A stretch of 64,000 nt of DNA from Nemertoderma westbladi (GCA_032718475.1 JAUCBJ010003174.1:1-64000); one strand, 5' to 3'; counted from the first letter of the stretch, positions 24,101-38,500 are shown. Made by a program: numbers and translations. The notes: generated by a model not told the origin, from the letters alone.

Positions 24101-24245
24101 CTTAGATTTATAAGAACAACATCGTGTATACAATGAGACCAGTGTTGCCAAAAGAAACACGCTGTCCGAGAATGGATTCTGAGAGTCCCCTGTAGATAAA
24201 TACGATGATGACTTTAGACTCTCCCATGACGATGGCTTCTCGAAT
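24101..24245 (-). CDS. LYST: LYST exon
   Basis: gtgtag|A TTC GAG...TCT AAG|gtttat; open frame, phase 2/0 fits neighbours. Confidence 0.65.
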
Positions 24246-24666
24246 CTACACAATAAATACAATTCGCGGATAACTATGGTGACAAATGGATCGCCGCATA
24301 TTATTTTTGTTTCCCTAATCGTCACTCAATTTGTATAACCTTTTATAACTTTGAACCCTATCGTTTAAGGGTTCTCTTTTATGGAAATTAAAAATTATCT
24401 AAATTGTAGTGAATGAAAATAGCAAGTCAATTAACTCAATTTTGATGGGCGCGGTTTCTTCTTTGTTTGATATGTATAGATGGTTAATTATTAATTAAAA
24501 TAATATGTTTTAAACACTTCTATAAAGCATAAATTTGTGCCGGTAATAATTACTCATTTGTTTTATAATTTATTATAATATCATTTGTTTTGACGCAAAT
24601 CGAATCTCGTCTCATTGTTGAATTATCAATCAAGGGGAGTAGTACCCGCATTTTATTCATACAAAC

Positions 24667-25262
24667 TAGGGATGTGGCGAATGTCCGCATGATTTTTCGC
24701 ATCCGCATTCGCATCCGCACCAATGGTATGCGGATGTGACATGCGGATGTTACATGCACTGTTCAAGCATCCTGTCTGAAGGCCCAGCAACCACTCAATT
24801 AAATTTTCAATAATAATTACTTTTTCCCTTATGAAATATTTTTTATTTTATCTTAAAATTATCAAAATATAAAATATCAAAATTATTTCTTACTACTTAT
24901 TTCTTTTATCAACTTGGCCAGATGCAAAATAAACTACTGTACTGTAATATGCCAGGGCCTAATGTCCCAATACCTCATGACGACCACTCACATGACCTAC
25001 GACGCATTACTGGGCAGCCTATGTCCATGAATAGGCATAGATGGAACTGTTCTATAACCTTAGACTCTTGTTAGTTTATTAATATAAGATTAGAATATAA
25101 TATTAAAATGCTGGTATAACCTTGATGTAAAAGGGAGGCCAGGCAAAAATATATATGTTTTAATAGACATCCGCATCCGCATCCGTGCGGATGTCACCTC
25201 AGCCATATGCATCCGCATCTGCATCCGCGGATGTTAAAAATATGACATTCGCAACATCCCTA
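24667..25262. mobile_element. hAT (Ac-like) non-autonomous element
   Basis: TIRs TAGGGATGTGGCGAATGTC / GACATTCGCAACATCCCTA, 8-bp TSD ATACAAAC on both sides, subterminal CCGCAT repeats. Confidence 0.88.
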
Positions 25263-25532
25263 ATACAAACTAAACTACTATTAAGCCTCGGTACCCTTTT
25301 AGAACACATCAGATTACTTTATACCAGAATACTTTAAACTACAAACCACGTACGAGAAAAAGTCCCAGAATTCCCCATCACAGTATGCCCAACGTTACCG
25401 GTACTTTTCAATCATCAGAACTCAGCCCTTAGCTGTATTCTCTCTGCAAACAATATATTGGACTCATCTATTCCGAAAGCGATGTGTAGGCCTATTGGTA
25501 TTATTGGAGATCCGTATTATAAAATCACCCAC

Positions 25533-25670
25533 CTGCAGTAATAGGCGACGTCACGGAGGGCTGAGAGACAACTCGATTCAACGTTAAGGTTAATGAATCT
25601 TCGCTGGAAGTAGGAAGATTCAATAAACAGCTGGTAGGCACAATGCCAAACGTCGCAGATCACGCCAAAT
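25533..25670 (-). CDS. LYST: LYST exon
   Basis: ttag|A TTT GGC...TGC AG|gtgggt; CDVWHCAYQLFIESSYFQRRFINL parallels recalled human LYST [24 protein letters not shown]. Confidence 0.85.
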
Positions 25671-26253
25671 CTAAAGAAATCGACAAATTATAGTCTGAGT
25701 CTCAAATACAGGTACAATATAACAGAGAGGAATAAATTTATTTATTTATTTTATATTATATTTAATTATTTATATTATATTTAATTATTTATATTTAATT
25801 ATTTATATTTAATTATTTATATTTAATTATTTATATTATATTTAATTATTTATATTATATTTAATTATTTATATTATATTTAATTATTTATATTATATTT
25901 AATTATTTATATTATATTTAATTACTTTTTTACTTCTTAAAAATTTTATCAACCCGAGTTAAGATTCTGGAAGGTCACTCCAGCTGCTTTTTGGCAGGCA
26001 ACTGGAAGTCCCCGGGGTCCCACTCTTAACTACATTTGCGATCAGTCGCAGCGCTACAAACCCACTAGATGAACCTTTTGGAAAACTTATTATTGAGATT
26101 ATATTACTCAACGAATATTGTACCACTGTGAACTCTCAATTTGTATTTTATTACCTCGAATCATCAAAAACTACTTAAGAAACCCTCTAACGGGACTCTT
26201 ACCCTCGGCCGTACAACTGAATTTGGGTTGATAGGATAGACACCAATGGTAGA

Positions 26254-27489
26254 TAACTGAATGCACCGACACACCGACCAACAGGGGGCCGCTATGTATA
26301 TATTAACTTTAAAGTAAACACTAAAATTGAGTCTTACACCCCTTAAACTACAAAAAAAATATAGAATCAGGGCATTAAGCCCAAAATACTTCTCAGCCCC
26401 TAGGGCCTTCAAAGGACACAAACAAAACAAACAACAAACACAAACAAAATATATAATAACATGCTCCACATACAGGTATGTATCGCAAACCTAACCCTAA
26501 AACCTACCCGCCATACACTAAATGATACCGGTAATAAACTGCACAAAAGCTAAGCCTATATTCTATGAGAAAATATATGACATTTTTGTCGCTGTGAAAG
26601 AGGTAGGACTAGGACAAAAATAATTAATTTGTGAAAAATATGGTTGCGTTTCGGCGTCTAGGACCAGTACGCGCTAATCCTCGACGCCTCGTCAGCTGGA
26701 CAGGGAATTAGCCAAGCCTATCTATACTGCACCAATGACCTAAATTAATCGCACCATCAAGCATCAACGAAGCGAATTGTAGAGCAGAGCTCCGATATCA
26801 CTGCATGTTGTCAAATCTTATAATTTTTGTACTGTGTGTTTGCTCTAACAATCTACCAGTTTTTACATTGGTAACATGTTTACTTACCGTAGGTCTATAT
26901 GCAGGGTTCCAATGTTCTGAGGTCTGAAGTCTGTATGGGCGAAGTGGTAACTGAGTTGATGGTGCGATTAATTTAGGTCATTGGTGCAGTATAGATAGGC
27001 TTGGCTAATTCCCTGTCCAGCTGACGAGGCGTCGAGGATTAGCGCGTAGTGGTCCTAGACGCCGAAACGCAACCATATTTTTCACAAATTAATTATTTTT
27101 GTCCTAGTCCTACCTCTTTCACAGCGACAAAAATATCATATATTTTCTTATAGAATATAGGCTTATATTTTTGTCCTAGTCCTACCTCTTTCACAGCGAC
27201 AAAAATGTCATATATTTTCTTATAGAATATAGGCTTAGTTTTTGTGCAGTTTATTACCGGTATCATTTAGTGTATGGCGGGTAGGTTTTAGGGTTAGGTT
27301 TGCGATACATACCTGTATGTGGAGCATGTTATTATATATTTTGTTTGTGTTTGTTGTTTGTTTTGTTTGTGTCCTTTGAAGGCCCTAGGGGCTGAGAAGT
27401 ATTTTGGGCTTAATGTCCTGATTCTATATTTTTTTTGTAGTTTAAGGGGTGTAAGACTCAATTTTAGTGTTTACTTTAAAGTTAATATA
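26254..27489. mobile_element. Long inverted-repeat insertion, Penelope-like pseudo-LTR arrangement
   Basis: Arms 26299-26760 and 26956-27489 (right arm has a ~72-bp duplication), 195-bp spacer, 45-bp one-sided tail, 12-bp flanking direct repeat ACCAATGGTAGA, hammerhead-like core in each arm. Confidence 0.6.
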
Positions 27490-30212
27490 ACCAATGGTAG
27501 AAGCAGACCCAACAATCCGCTGGTTTAGGGTTGATAGGATAGAAACCAATGGTAGAAGCAGACCCAACAATCCGCTGATTTAGGGTTGATAGGATAGACA
27601 CCAATGGTAGAAGCAGACCCAACAATCCGCTGGTTTAGGGTTGATAGGATAGACACCAATGGTAGAAGCAGACCCAACAATCCGCTGAATTAAGGTTGAT
27701 AGAATAGACACCAATGGTAGAAGCAGACCCAACAATCCGCTGGTTTAGGGTTGATAGGATAGACACCAATGGTAGAAGCAGACCCAACAATCCGCTGATT
27801 TAGGGTTGATATGATAGACACAAATGGTAGAAGCAGACCCAACAATCCGCTGGTTTAGGGTTGATATGATAGACACAAATGGTAGAAGCAGAGCCAACAA
27901 ACCGCTGATTTAGGGTTGATAGGATAGACACCAATGGTAGAAGCAGACCCAACAATCCGCTGGTTTAGGGTTGATATGATAGACACCAATGGTAGAAGCA
28001 GACCCAACAACCCGCTGGTTTAGGGTTGATATGATAGACACCAATGGTAGAAGCAGATCCAACAATCCGCTGATTTAGGGTTGATATGATAGACACCAAT
28101 GGTAGAAGCAGACCCAACAATCCGCTGATTTAGGGTTGATATGATAGACACCAATGGTAGAAGCAGACCCAACAATCCGCTGGTTTAGGGTTGATAGGAT
28201 AGACACCAATGGTAGAAGCAGACCCAACAAACCGCTGATTTAGGGTTGATAGGATAGACACCAATGGTAGAAGCAGACCCAACAATCCGCTGGTTTAGGG
28301 TTGATATGATAGACACCAATGGTAGAAGCAGACCCAACAACCCGCTGGTTTAGGGTTGATAGGATAGACACCAATGGTAGAAGCAGACCCAACAACCCGC
28401 TGATTTAGGGTTGATATGATAGACACCAATGGTAGAAGCAGACCCAACAATCCGCTGATTTAGGGTTGATAGGATAGACACCAATGGTAGAAGCAGACCC
28501 AACAATCCGCTGGTTTAGGGTTGATAGGATAGACACCAATGGTAGAAGCAGACCCAACAATCCGCTGGTTTAGGGTTGATAGGATAGACACCAATGGTAG
28601 AAGCAGACCCAACAATCCGCTGATTTAGGGTTGATATGATAGACACCAATGGTAGAAGCAGACCCAACAATCCGCTGGTTTAGGGTTGATAGGATAGACA
28701 CCAATGGTAGAAGCAGACCCAACAATCCGCTGGTTTAGGGTTGATAGGATAGACACCAATGGTAGAAGCAGACCCAACAATCCGCTGATTTAGGGTTGAT
28801 ATGATAGACACCAATGGTAGAAGCAGACCCAACAATCCGCTGGTTTAGGGTTGATAGGATAGACACCAATGGTAGAAGCAGACCCAACAATCCGCTGATT
28901 TAGGGTTGATATGATAGACACCAATGGTAGAAGCAGACCCAACAATCCGCTGGTTTAGGGTTGATAGGATAGACACCAATGGTAGAAGCAGACCCAACAA
29001 TCCGCTGATTTAGGGTTGATATGATAGACACCAATGGTAGAAGCCGACCCAACAATCCGCTGATTTAGGGTTGATATGATAGACACCAATGGTAGAAGCA
29101 GACCCAACAATCCGCTGGTTTAGGGTTGATAGGATAGACACCAATGGTAGAAGCAGACCCAACAATCCGCTGGTTTAGGGTTGATATGATAGACACCAAT
29201 GGTAGAAGCAGACCCAACAATCCGCTGGTTTAGGGTTGATAGGATAGACACCAATGGTAGAAGCAGACCCAACAATCCGCTGGTTTAGGGTTGATAGGAT
29301 AGACACCAATGGTAGAAGCAGACCCAACAATCCGCTGATTTAGGGTTGATATGATAGACACCAATGGTAGAAGCAGACCCAACAATCCGCTGGTTTAGGG
29401 TTGATAGGATAGACACCAATGGTAGAAACAGACCCAACAATCCGCTGGTTTAGGGTTGATATGATAGACACCAATGGTAGAAGCAGACCCAACAATCCGC
29501 TGGTTTAGGGTTGATAGGATAGACACCAATGGTAGAAGCAGACCCAACAATCCGCTGGTTTAGGGTTGATAGGATAGACACCAATGGTAGAAGCAGACCC
29601 AACAATCCGCTGATTTAGGGTTGATATGATAGACACCAATGGTAGAAGCAGACCCAACAATCCGCTGGTTTAGGGTTGATAGGATAGACACCAATGGTAG
29701 AAACAGACCCAACAATCCGCTGGTTTAGGGTTGATATGATAGACACCAATGGTAGAAGCAGACCCAACAATCCGCTGGTTTAGGGTTGATAGGATAGACA
29801 CCAATGGTAGAAGCAGACCCAACAATCCGCTGATTTAGGGTTGATAGGATAGACACCAATGGTAGAAACAGACCCAATAATCCGCTGGTTTAAGGTTGAT
29901 AGGATAGACACCAATGGTAGAAGCAGACCCAACAATCCGCTGATTTAGGGTTGATATGATAGACACCAATGGTAGAAGCAGACCCAACAATCCGCTGGTT
30001 TAGGGTTGATAGGATAGACACCAATGGTAGAAGCAGACCCAACAATCCGCTGGTTTAGGGTTGATATGATAGACACCAATGGTAGAAGCAGACCCAACAA
30101 TCCGCTGGTTTAGGGTTGATATGATAGACACCAATGGTAGAAGCAGACCCAACAATCCGCTGGTTTAGGGTTGATACTGTAGGATAGACACAAATGGTAG
30201 AAGCAGACCCAA
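27490..30212. repeat. 55-bp minisatellite, ~49 copies, intronic
   Basis: Unit accaatggtagaagcagacccaacaatccgctg(g/a)tttagggttgata(g/t)gatagac. Confidence 0.97.
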
Positions 30213-30832
30213 TTCAATACGCTGACAATCCCCCACTTCCCACTCACCCACCTTCACAATCACCGTCCGACCGGCCGATCAACAGACCGTCCGAGCGCCA
30301 CCAACTGACAGTAAGACACAAAATATCAACTCAAAATTAAGGGACTTCGCGCACCACGTGAATACCAGAATACCCAATGTGAAGTTTGCCAGTCTGTTTG
30401 GGAAAATGGTAGAAAATACTAAAGTTGCCTTATGATAGTGAATGGGACAAATTCATTTCCGATGTGTATTTTTTTCGTTGGGAAAGGGAAATCTGGGAAA
30501 CTTCGCATCACATTATCGTTTTTCTAAGTACATAATCAGGCAGCCCAGTTTCAGGAGTTAACACCAATTTGTCACAGTAGCCCAGTGTTATACTCAGTAA
30601 CTAAATTAATTTTGAGTACATATTGGTTTATAGGCAGTCATTCTTGGCCAAACCAACAAGGCATCCTATAATCGTATAGGTCTAGGCTTATACCATTTCC
30701 CATTTGCATAATTAGTAGGCCTTAGTCACAGCCCACGGCTTCACCTAAATGAAATCGCATTCAATCTAGAAATGAAACTTTTCAGAATTCTGGGTACCAA
30801 TGCAATGCAGAAGAACATCTCTAACATTATAG

Positions 30833-30861
30833 CAAGGACTACATATAGTAAGTAGTCCTTG
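30833..30861. mobile_element. 29-bp minimal hAT-type MITE
   Basis: CAAGGACTAC-atatagtaa-GTAGTCCTTG flanked by 8-bp direct repeat CATTATAG. Confidence 0.75.
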
Positions 30862-31295
30862 CATTATAGGCATTGCTTTCTTGTTTTGCATTGGTCAATT
30901 GTTAAAGTGAAACATTTTTTGAAGACAGATTCGGTTGCAACCAAGGACTACTATACTACAGGACTGGCATACTGCCTGATCCGACTTCGCTAGCGAAGTC
31001 CATTCATTTCATACTGCAGTACTGCTGTAAGCTGTACTGCTACCGTAGAATGATTTATTATACCAGTATACTTAACCTACAAACAGACAGCTAGACTGTT
31101 CTGCAGTTTACTGAACGTTCGCGCAGTGAAACTTCCTCCTGTCGGTGCCGAATGAGATCAGTGGATCGCCGCGCTACCACGACGCAGTGCAGGCAGATGA
31201 CGGCTCTCCGTTTAAGTTATGGAAGCACTGCCGTCATTTGTATTCAACATTCTGACATTGGCCAGAGTGTCCCGCGCAGCCGCGGGAATTCCGCA

Positions 31296-32526
31296 TGTTC
31301 GCGCTTTCAGACCTTTGGCAGTTTAATCCGCCAAATTAAGATGTCTTCTAGATATTAAATCGCTTTTTAGCCTATGACAAGTATTTGATTCACTACACTA
31401 GTCGAAACCAATCTGTGCGCGATCATTCACCCGCTGGATATTCCCGGGAGATTGGGTTCGACGGTTTAATTTTATTGCTATGTAAGCCTAATGTATTATT
31501 CGACTGACAGTATTATATAATCTCTGACAATATTATTCACCTTCGGGAATATTAACAGTTCCTTTAGGACGTGGCGCTTTATTTATATAAACAGAGTTAT
31601 GACTTAAACTACTCACAACGATATGGCTTAATTATAATTCACATATATGGCGCATTCTTTAGGAAATGCTTCTTTAACAGACTCACTCGTACACAATGCT
31701 GCACAATACTGCACACTAATCTGCCAATCTTCACTGATTTTAGTCACATATAAAAGGAACACAGACTGACTCATGTAGGGTCTATCAAATAACATTAGAT
31801 TCACTTCAAACCACTTTAACATAAGTCACAATCGTTATTGGTAACCTTTCTCTCTTACCTTCGGTATATCAAGAATATTGGGTTTTCGGGGTTATTTCTC
31901 GTTATTCCAATATAATAATTCATCAACAAATATAATGAATAACCGACAACAAATAGCAGTATACAGTATTGATTGAGCAGGTAATTTTAGCAGTTTCAGC
32001 AGTTATTAAAAGCCGTGTGTCAGCAGTGATTACGAAATTGCAGTGATTCCATGAGTTTGGTCGGTATGTCAGTTAAAGGATATATGTCCTTATAATTAAA
32101 CCTACTAGTGTTGAGCTAAAAAGCAGAAAAGCACAAAACACTATAAAGCCGTTCTTTCGTGGCTTTGAAAAACTCGTGACTACTGCTCTATACGAGGATA
32201 CCAACTACCCTTATTCCACGAAGCTCCCGTTCAACACAGAGAAAGAGCAGTGAGATAGGAAAATTTCAGTTCAGTAGCTCTGTGATAGGTCAAAATCAAG
32301 GCTAACTCAAATTCTATTGGGAGATACAAAAACAAGGCTATGACGCAACCTTTCTAGGCTGGTTGGCCGATTAAACAGAGCCCAGATACCTGCGTACAGC
32401 AAATCAGCCAATAAGCCGGTAGCTTGCACTGTTTTAACTATAGATCCCCTTTAGAGTATTCCAGCGACCGGGGGGGGAACTGGCCAACAAGGCAAACGAA
32501 TCAGTTACCCCACAAAAGCTTTTACA
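31296..32526 (-). repeat. 3' LTR of BEL element
   Basis: No difference from 44456-45686 seen by eye; constant offset of 13160. Confidence 0.95.
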
Positions 32527-35500
32527 CCGCTCCCAGAAAATGGGATTTAAGTCTATAAAATATACAAAATCACAGTTTCTAATATACATAAATACTCTAA
32601 ACAGTTAGTCTTTCTTGCGCGGACGGCGTTTACGCAGTTTTTTAAAGCTAGCAAGAGTCTTTTTCTCTTTAGGGGGAGCCACTTTACTAGGAGGGCCATA
32701 ACTCCTGGGTGAAGGGTGCAATATGATTGCATCAGAAGGTGTAGGATTGTGGTCGAGGTATCTGCCGTTTCGATATGCTTCTCCTCGAGCTGATTTTCCT
32801 CCGCTCGTAGCTGGATACGTTCATCCAAAAACTCTCGCAGAGAATAGGATCGCCCAAGTTCGATAACTTCTTAGAGATTCTGGATTTCCCAATCGAATTG
32901 AGATAAGGCCAATTCGTTTATCGATGGGACTTACTGTTATAACTTACGTTATCTGAACAAACGCAGGTTTCTTTTTTGATCTTTATAGAATAGCGTTTAA
33001 CTCGTTTCGTACAACGCTCTCCTTCACCTTGATGAAGGGTTGTATCGCGTTAAACGGGACGACCATACGGTTGGATAGTGATATTAGGTGTCTGCGTCAT
33101 AATCCGGTTAGGTAAGATGGGCGGCTAGCTAGAAATCACTGTCGAAGTGTTACTGATTAATTGTTAGGGTAGCACTAGATCTTGAACAGTGAATACCGTC
33201 CGCGAGGATCCGCGACACCACCAGGATCGCAGGTCTGAGGTCCAACTAAGGAATGAGGAGGTTTGACCGAGTATTCCGGGACTCTGATCGTAGGTTTACT
33301 CTAGGATCGTTAGAGCCGAGTGAGCATAGGTGATACGTCAACAAGTTTCGGTTTCCGTGGATGTTTATGTCTTTCCGTTTATTAGTTGGGTCTAGGGCAT
33401 TTATCGTAATGATACCAAAGACGCACGTCTGGTAAGGTAAACGCGGGTGATATTTATTTGTTGTTACAATGCTTCTATCAAGAATTCCAAATATACGTTG
33501 GAGTTACCGCGTCCATTTGTTTCTTTAGTGTCTTTTCTTTCGAGTCGATTTCGAATAGAATTTTCGCATTCGAATTTCTGTTTATGGTTCCGACTCCGCT
33601 GGGCAGGATATATAGTCGACATAGTCCGTATTGTGTAAATTGATAGAATGACCAGTAGTTAAGAAGCCCATATACGTACCATTACGCTGCGTATATCGAG
33701 CAGCGAATTTTCTATAGTCCAACTCTCGCGAGAGCTGCACTTGGGACATTGTCGGTTCGATATAACGACCATCGTCCTCCGCAGCAGTTGGACTAACGTC
33801 GCCGCGTATTAAGCTATCAACAAACGCTTGTAAAAGTAGAGTATATCGCTCCCCGATACCAAGACCATCTTCTATCAACTCCGTCATATCGGCTATATAT
33901 GAGTTTATCCATATTATAAGGAGTTTATATTTAGGCTAGCGAGCGTCGCTGCCTACTCCAATTAACCCCCGGACAGTACGAAATCCTCAGCGCCGATGTG
34001 TCGTCGCCGCTGTACTTTCGCCAACGACGTAGCCGCACAACGACAACGACAACCGGCACAAGTCACTCGACTGTCCGTCCCAAAGGCTTAGATGTACTTC
34101 AGGTATTCCTTGGAGAGTTAGGTTACTTTACGATTGCGACTAGCTACTGTAAACACACTTTAGCAGTAACATTCACCTATAAACTCACAAATACCACACA
34201 ACTGGTCACAACTACGCACATTCGGGCCATTTGTCCGTTAGTCAATGCCTTCCAGAATGTCACTGTATTATTATGTATCCTTGGATACTAGTAGTGCGCT
34301 ATTTATTCCCTATGCTATTTAATGGGACAAGCTTTCTATTGTTCTTTTAACTCAATTCTAATTCTAGCGTGGTTGTTGCTATGGTGACATTATGCAAAGC
34401 TAGCGGTAGAATTAGGGTAATTCCAATGCATACAGATCTGGGATGTTATTTAATAGTATTCTTTAATAGTCAATGTTCTGTTTTATACATGACTTTATGA
34501 ATTTTATCGGCTATTGACTATGTTTGGGAGACTTTCACACACTCATACGCATGATAAGATAAATCTCCGCTCCCTTGATCTATTAATTAATGAAATTTTG
34601 GGAACTTTATAAATTGCGTAAAAATGGCAATTTATTAAATTCATTAAAAGGCATGAATTTAAATTTATTCCCTGAAATTTTATTATTTGATAATTAAATG
34701 GACATATTTTGATTCTAGAACATGTCTAGGGACACAAGATCCTTAATTCTATGACAATTGTCCTTTTTAAGAATATCGGTAAATGCTACGATATCTTAAT
34801 TGACTAGAATTGTTGAAGGATCTGAATTTTACAGATTTTGATTTATTAGATTTGCAAATATTAAATAATTAATATTTGAGATGGGCACCGATTTATTCCA
34901 GAACTTGTCTGGGGACGTTAACCACTGATTCTAGAATTTGTCTTTCAAGTATATCGGTGGGTGCCACGATATCTTAATCGACTAGAATTACAGATGGTCA
35001 AAGGGTTTAACAGATTTATTTTGCGTTATACGCTACTGTTAAAGGGACATCACGCTACTATATGTATTATTTAAGATACGGTATGAGAGCAATATCGCAC
35101 GAAGCAATGTCAGTGTGAAGAGGCAAGTCGTTTCCAAGGTCTACCCAGAGCTTGGTTTAGCCGAGACACAAGGATCTGAACTTTGCATTCCTAATACTCT
35201 GCCTACCAATAATACTAAAATATAGTAGTGGCTTTATTGTACTTTAATAAGTACGGACATTTCATCTTACTGTAGTTACGTATTTATAATATAATACGGA
35301 CAGTAAGGAAAGAGAAAAAGAATTATTTCTCGCCGTCGCACTAAATATAATATAAGTAATTACGTACGTAATAAACACGAATATATTGCACTATTCTACT
35401 AAATAATCGCTAAATAATATTCTACTAAATTAAATAAAACGATTATAATAAAATTACATAGTAATACATACATAAATATAAAAATAATAATATAATATAA

Positions 35501-35533
35501 AATAATAGAGTCACACGCCCACTCCGAACGATA

Positions 35534-38500
35534 TTAAGTTGGGGAGTCCCTAGATGTCGGTTGGATTAGGGAAGTGGTCGTGGGAAGAGTTTCTTGCCTT
35601 CCATAGTTTCCGGAGAGCTCTCTGTCTCTTTCCAGTAAACATAAACGTCCCACTGGGCGATTGAGCTGTTGAGTCTCAAAGACTATCCCTGGTTTCTTAA
35701 AGTTCCGCCGCATGACGACGAGCTCTACTGATTGCACCAAACCATCGCTCGAGATATAAGTCTCGATGATACGTCCGGTTTGCCATCGCTTACGTGGGAG
35801 ATCGGGGTCCACAATAAGCACCATGTCTCCAGCGCTGACGTTTTCTTGCTGCGCAAACCACTTAGTTCGAAGTTGTAGAGTGGGCAGGTAATGTTTCTCG
35901 AAATGGTCAGCGAAACGACGGGATAGCAACTGCATAAGTTGCCAGGTTCGACGGCAGTACTCGTCTCCGTCTGTGATCTCCGATCGTGGGAGCATGGCTA
36001 CGGGTTTCTTCAGTAGAAAGTGCGCGGGTGTTAGCGCTTCCAGGGAATCAGGATTTGAAGAGACTGGCATAAGCGGTCTTTCATTGAGATAGGCGGCGAT
36101 TTCCTCCATTAACGTCCGCAATAGTTCGTCGGTGAGATAAGCGCGACAAGGCACAATAAAGTGGAACGCAGTCTTCACGCTCCTAATCAATCTCTCCCAA
36201 CTTCCTCCCCACCAAGGGGCGTCGGCGGCGTTGAAGGTCCAGCTAGACGCTGTTATCCTTAGCTGATCGTCCACCTGTCTTTTGTTCCAGTCCTTTACGT
36301 AAGCTTGAATTTCGTTGTTGGCGCCAATGAAGTTCGTTCCCTTATCCGATCTCATCGTGTTACTGGTTCCGAAGCGAGCGATCTGTCGTCGTAAACTCAA
36401 CACGAAGCTGTTGGTGGATAGATCGTTTACCATATCGAGATGAATGGCTCTACAAGTCATACAAACGAAGATGACACACCATCTCTTGACTATAGTCCGG
36501 GCACGATATACTTCAATAGGGCCAAATAAATCCACTCCGGTATTAGTAAAGGGTGGTTCATAGAAGCTTACTCTTTCCCTAGGTAATTCTGCCTCTCGCT
36601 GTGTCAAAGGCCTACTGAATGCTTTCCTACAGGGTATGCAGTTCCTAAGAACTTGGTTCAGAGCCCTACGGGGTTTATAAAAATAGTAGCGAGTTCGAAT
36701 TTCGCTCAGAACTCGTTCTCTACCCGCATGGTACAGTTTGCTATGAACATCTACAATTATCTTGATTTGTATATCAAGATTTCTAATGAGTATGGGAAAC
36801 TTAGTGTCAAAGGATAATGGGGCGTTGGTTAGCCTGCCTCCAACACGTATTAACCCATCTATCATGGTACTAGAGAAGCGATCCCTTAAGCGCATCTGTG
36901 GATTTCTTAACAACAGGAAATACTTATCGGAATCCTCATAACATTGTAGAAGTCTCAGCATCTGTTTGTTGGTTTCATCATGCTCCTGGTAACTGATCTT
37001 CTCCTTTAGAAACCTGTCGGATACCTTGTATTGGGGAAGATCTTTAACAACATGGACTCGTGCAGATGTTGATGGAGCATCATCACTATTGGTCTTTGTT
37101 CCGGAGTAACGATGATGAAAACATCGTTTCAAATAGGTAACAGCTTTACAGAGCCGATTCCAGGAACTGTAGTGACGTATCGCTCTCTGCAAGAGAGGTG
37201 AGAGTCCTTGCGCGATATCTGGTATTCCAGATTTCCAATCCTTGTCACGGATTTCCAAGACTTCTTTAGTTGTGGCAGTGGGTTTCTGATCCAAAGCATC
37301 CTCTCCGGAAGTAAATAATACAGATAGATCAACTGCAGGTTTAAACAACTTCGATTTACTCGCTCGAGTTTTGGGTTTAACTTTCTCCGCTCCCTTGGCC
37401 TGTCTGATCTCTGCTGTTGTGAGATGGGGAGGCCATTCTTCTTCTTCTCTGTAGAGAAAGTCAGGTCCTCCTAACCATTCGGGAGTATTTACCAATTCCT
37501 TTGGAGTCGCTCCTCGGGAAGCGATGTCTGCTGGGTTAATCGTTCCGGGGCAATGTCTCCATTGGTCCATCGTCGTGCGACTAAGTATGATGGCTACCCT
37601 GTTGGTAACGAAGACGCTGAACTGACAGACTTCATTGGTTATATACTCTAACACGAGTAAAGCGTCGGTCCAATAGACAGTTTTCTCTAATGGATAGTCA
37701 ATCTGTTCGGTTACATTCCGGCCGATGGCTGTAGCGTATAGAGCTGCTTTTAACTCCGCTCGAGGAACTTTCAACTTGTTGTTGATTAATGCCTTAGAAG
37801 TAACCAAGGCGACTTTGATTCCATCCGGAGTTTCCACTCTTAGGTAGGCTACTATACCGATTCCCATATCGCTGGCGTCTCCAAACACATGGAGTTGATA
37901 GGAATACGTAGGGAAAACATGACCAAAATATGAACGGGAAATTATAAAATCCTCGATATCTGGCAGAGAATCTTCCCATTTCATCCACTGCTTCAATAAT
38001 TCCCCCTTAAGTGGATCGTCCCATGAGTGGTTTTCAAGCCACATTTGTTGTACCAAACTACGAGCAATCAATATAACTGGGCTAATAAATCCCAATGGAT
38101 CGAAATAAGTGCTCAGTATACTTAAGCAAATCCGTTTGGTTCGAACTGGATTATCTCGCTGTTTTAGCTGGAAAAACAGGATATCTCGCTCTGTGTCCCA
38201 TTTCAAGCCGAGTGTCTTGGTTTCTGGCAGATCATCTTTGATCAAATCGAGATCTTTCGCTCCCCGATCTTCCGCAGGGATCGACTCCAGAAACTCACGG
38301 GAGTTGCTGGTGAATTTGGTTAATCGAAATCCACCTCTTTTTAAGCACTCTACCGTTCCCTTAGCGACCTCAATGGCTTCCTCAACTGATGGGAGGGACT
38401 TCAGATTGTCGTCCATGTATATGTCTCTCTTGATGTTGTCGATTACTTCCTTAGAGAATGCCTCTCGGTTGTCCTCTGCAGTAGTACGCACTACCGAACA

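Noticed and set aside
27490-30212. Telomere-like TTTAGGG in the 55-bp unit
   Set aside because: One heptamer per unit, not a telomeric tract.
30248-30304. Possible 57-nt in-frame LYST cassette exon (cag|...|gtgagt on the minus strand)
   Set aside because: No recognisable LYST similarity, and the flanking exons already join in phase; needs RNA evidence.
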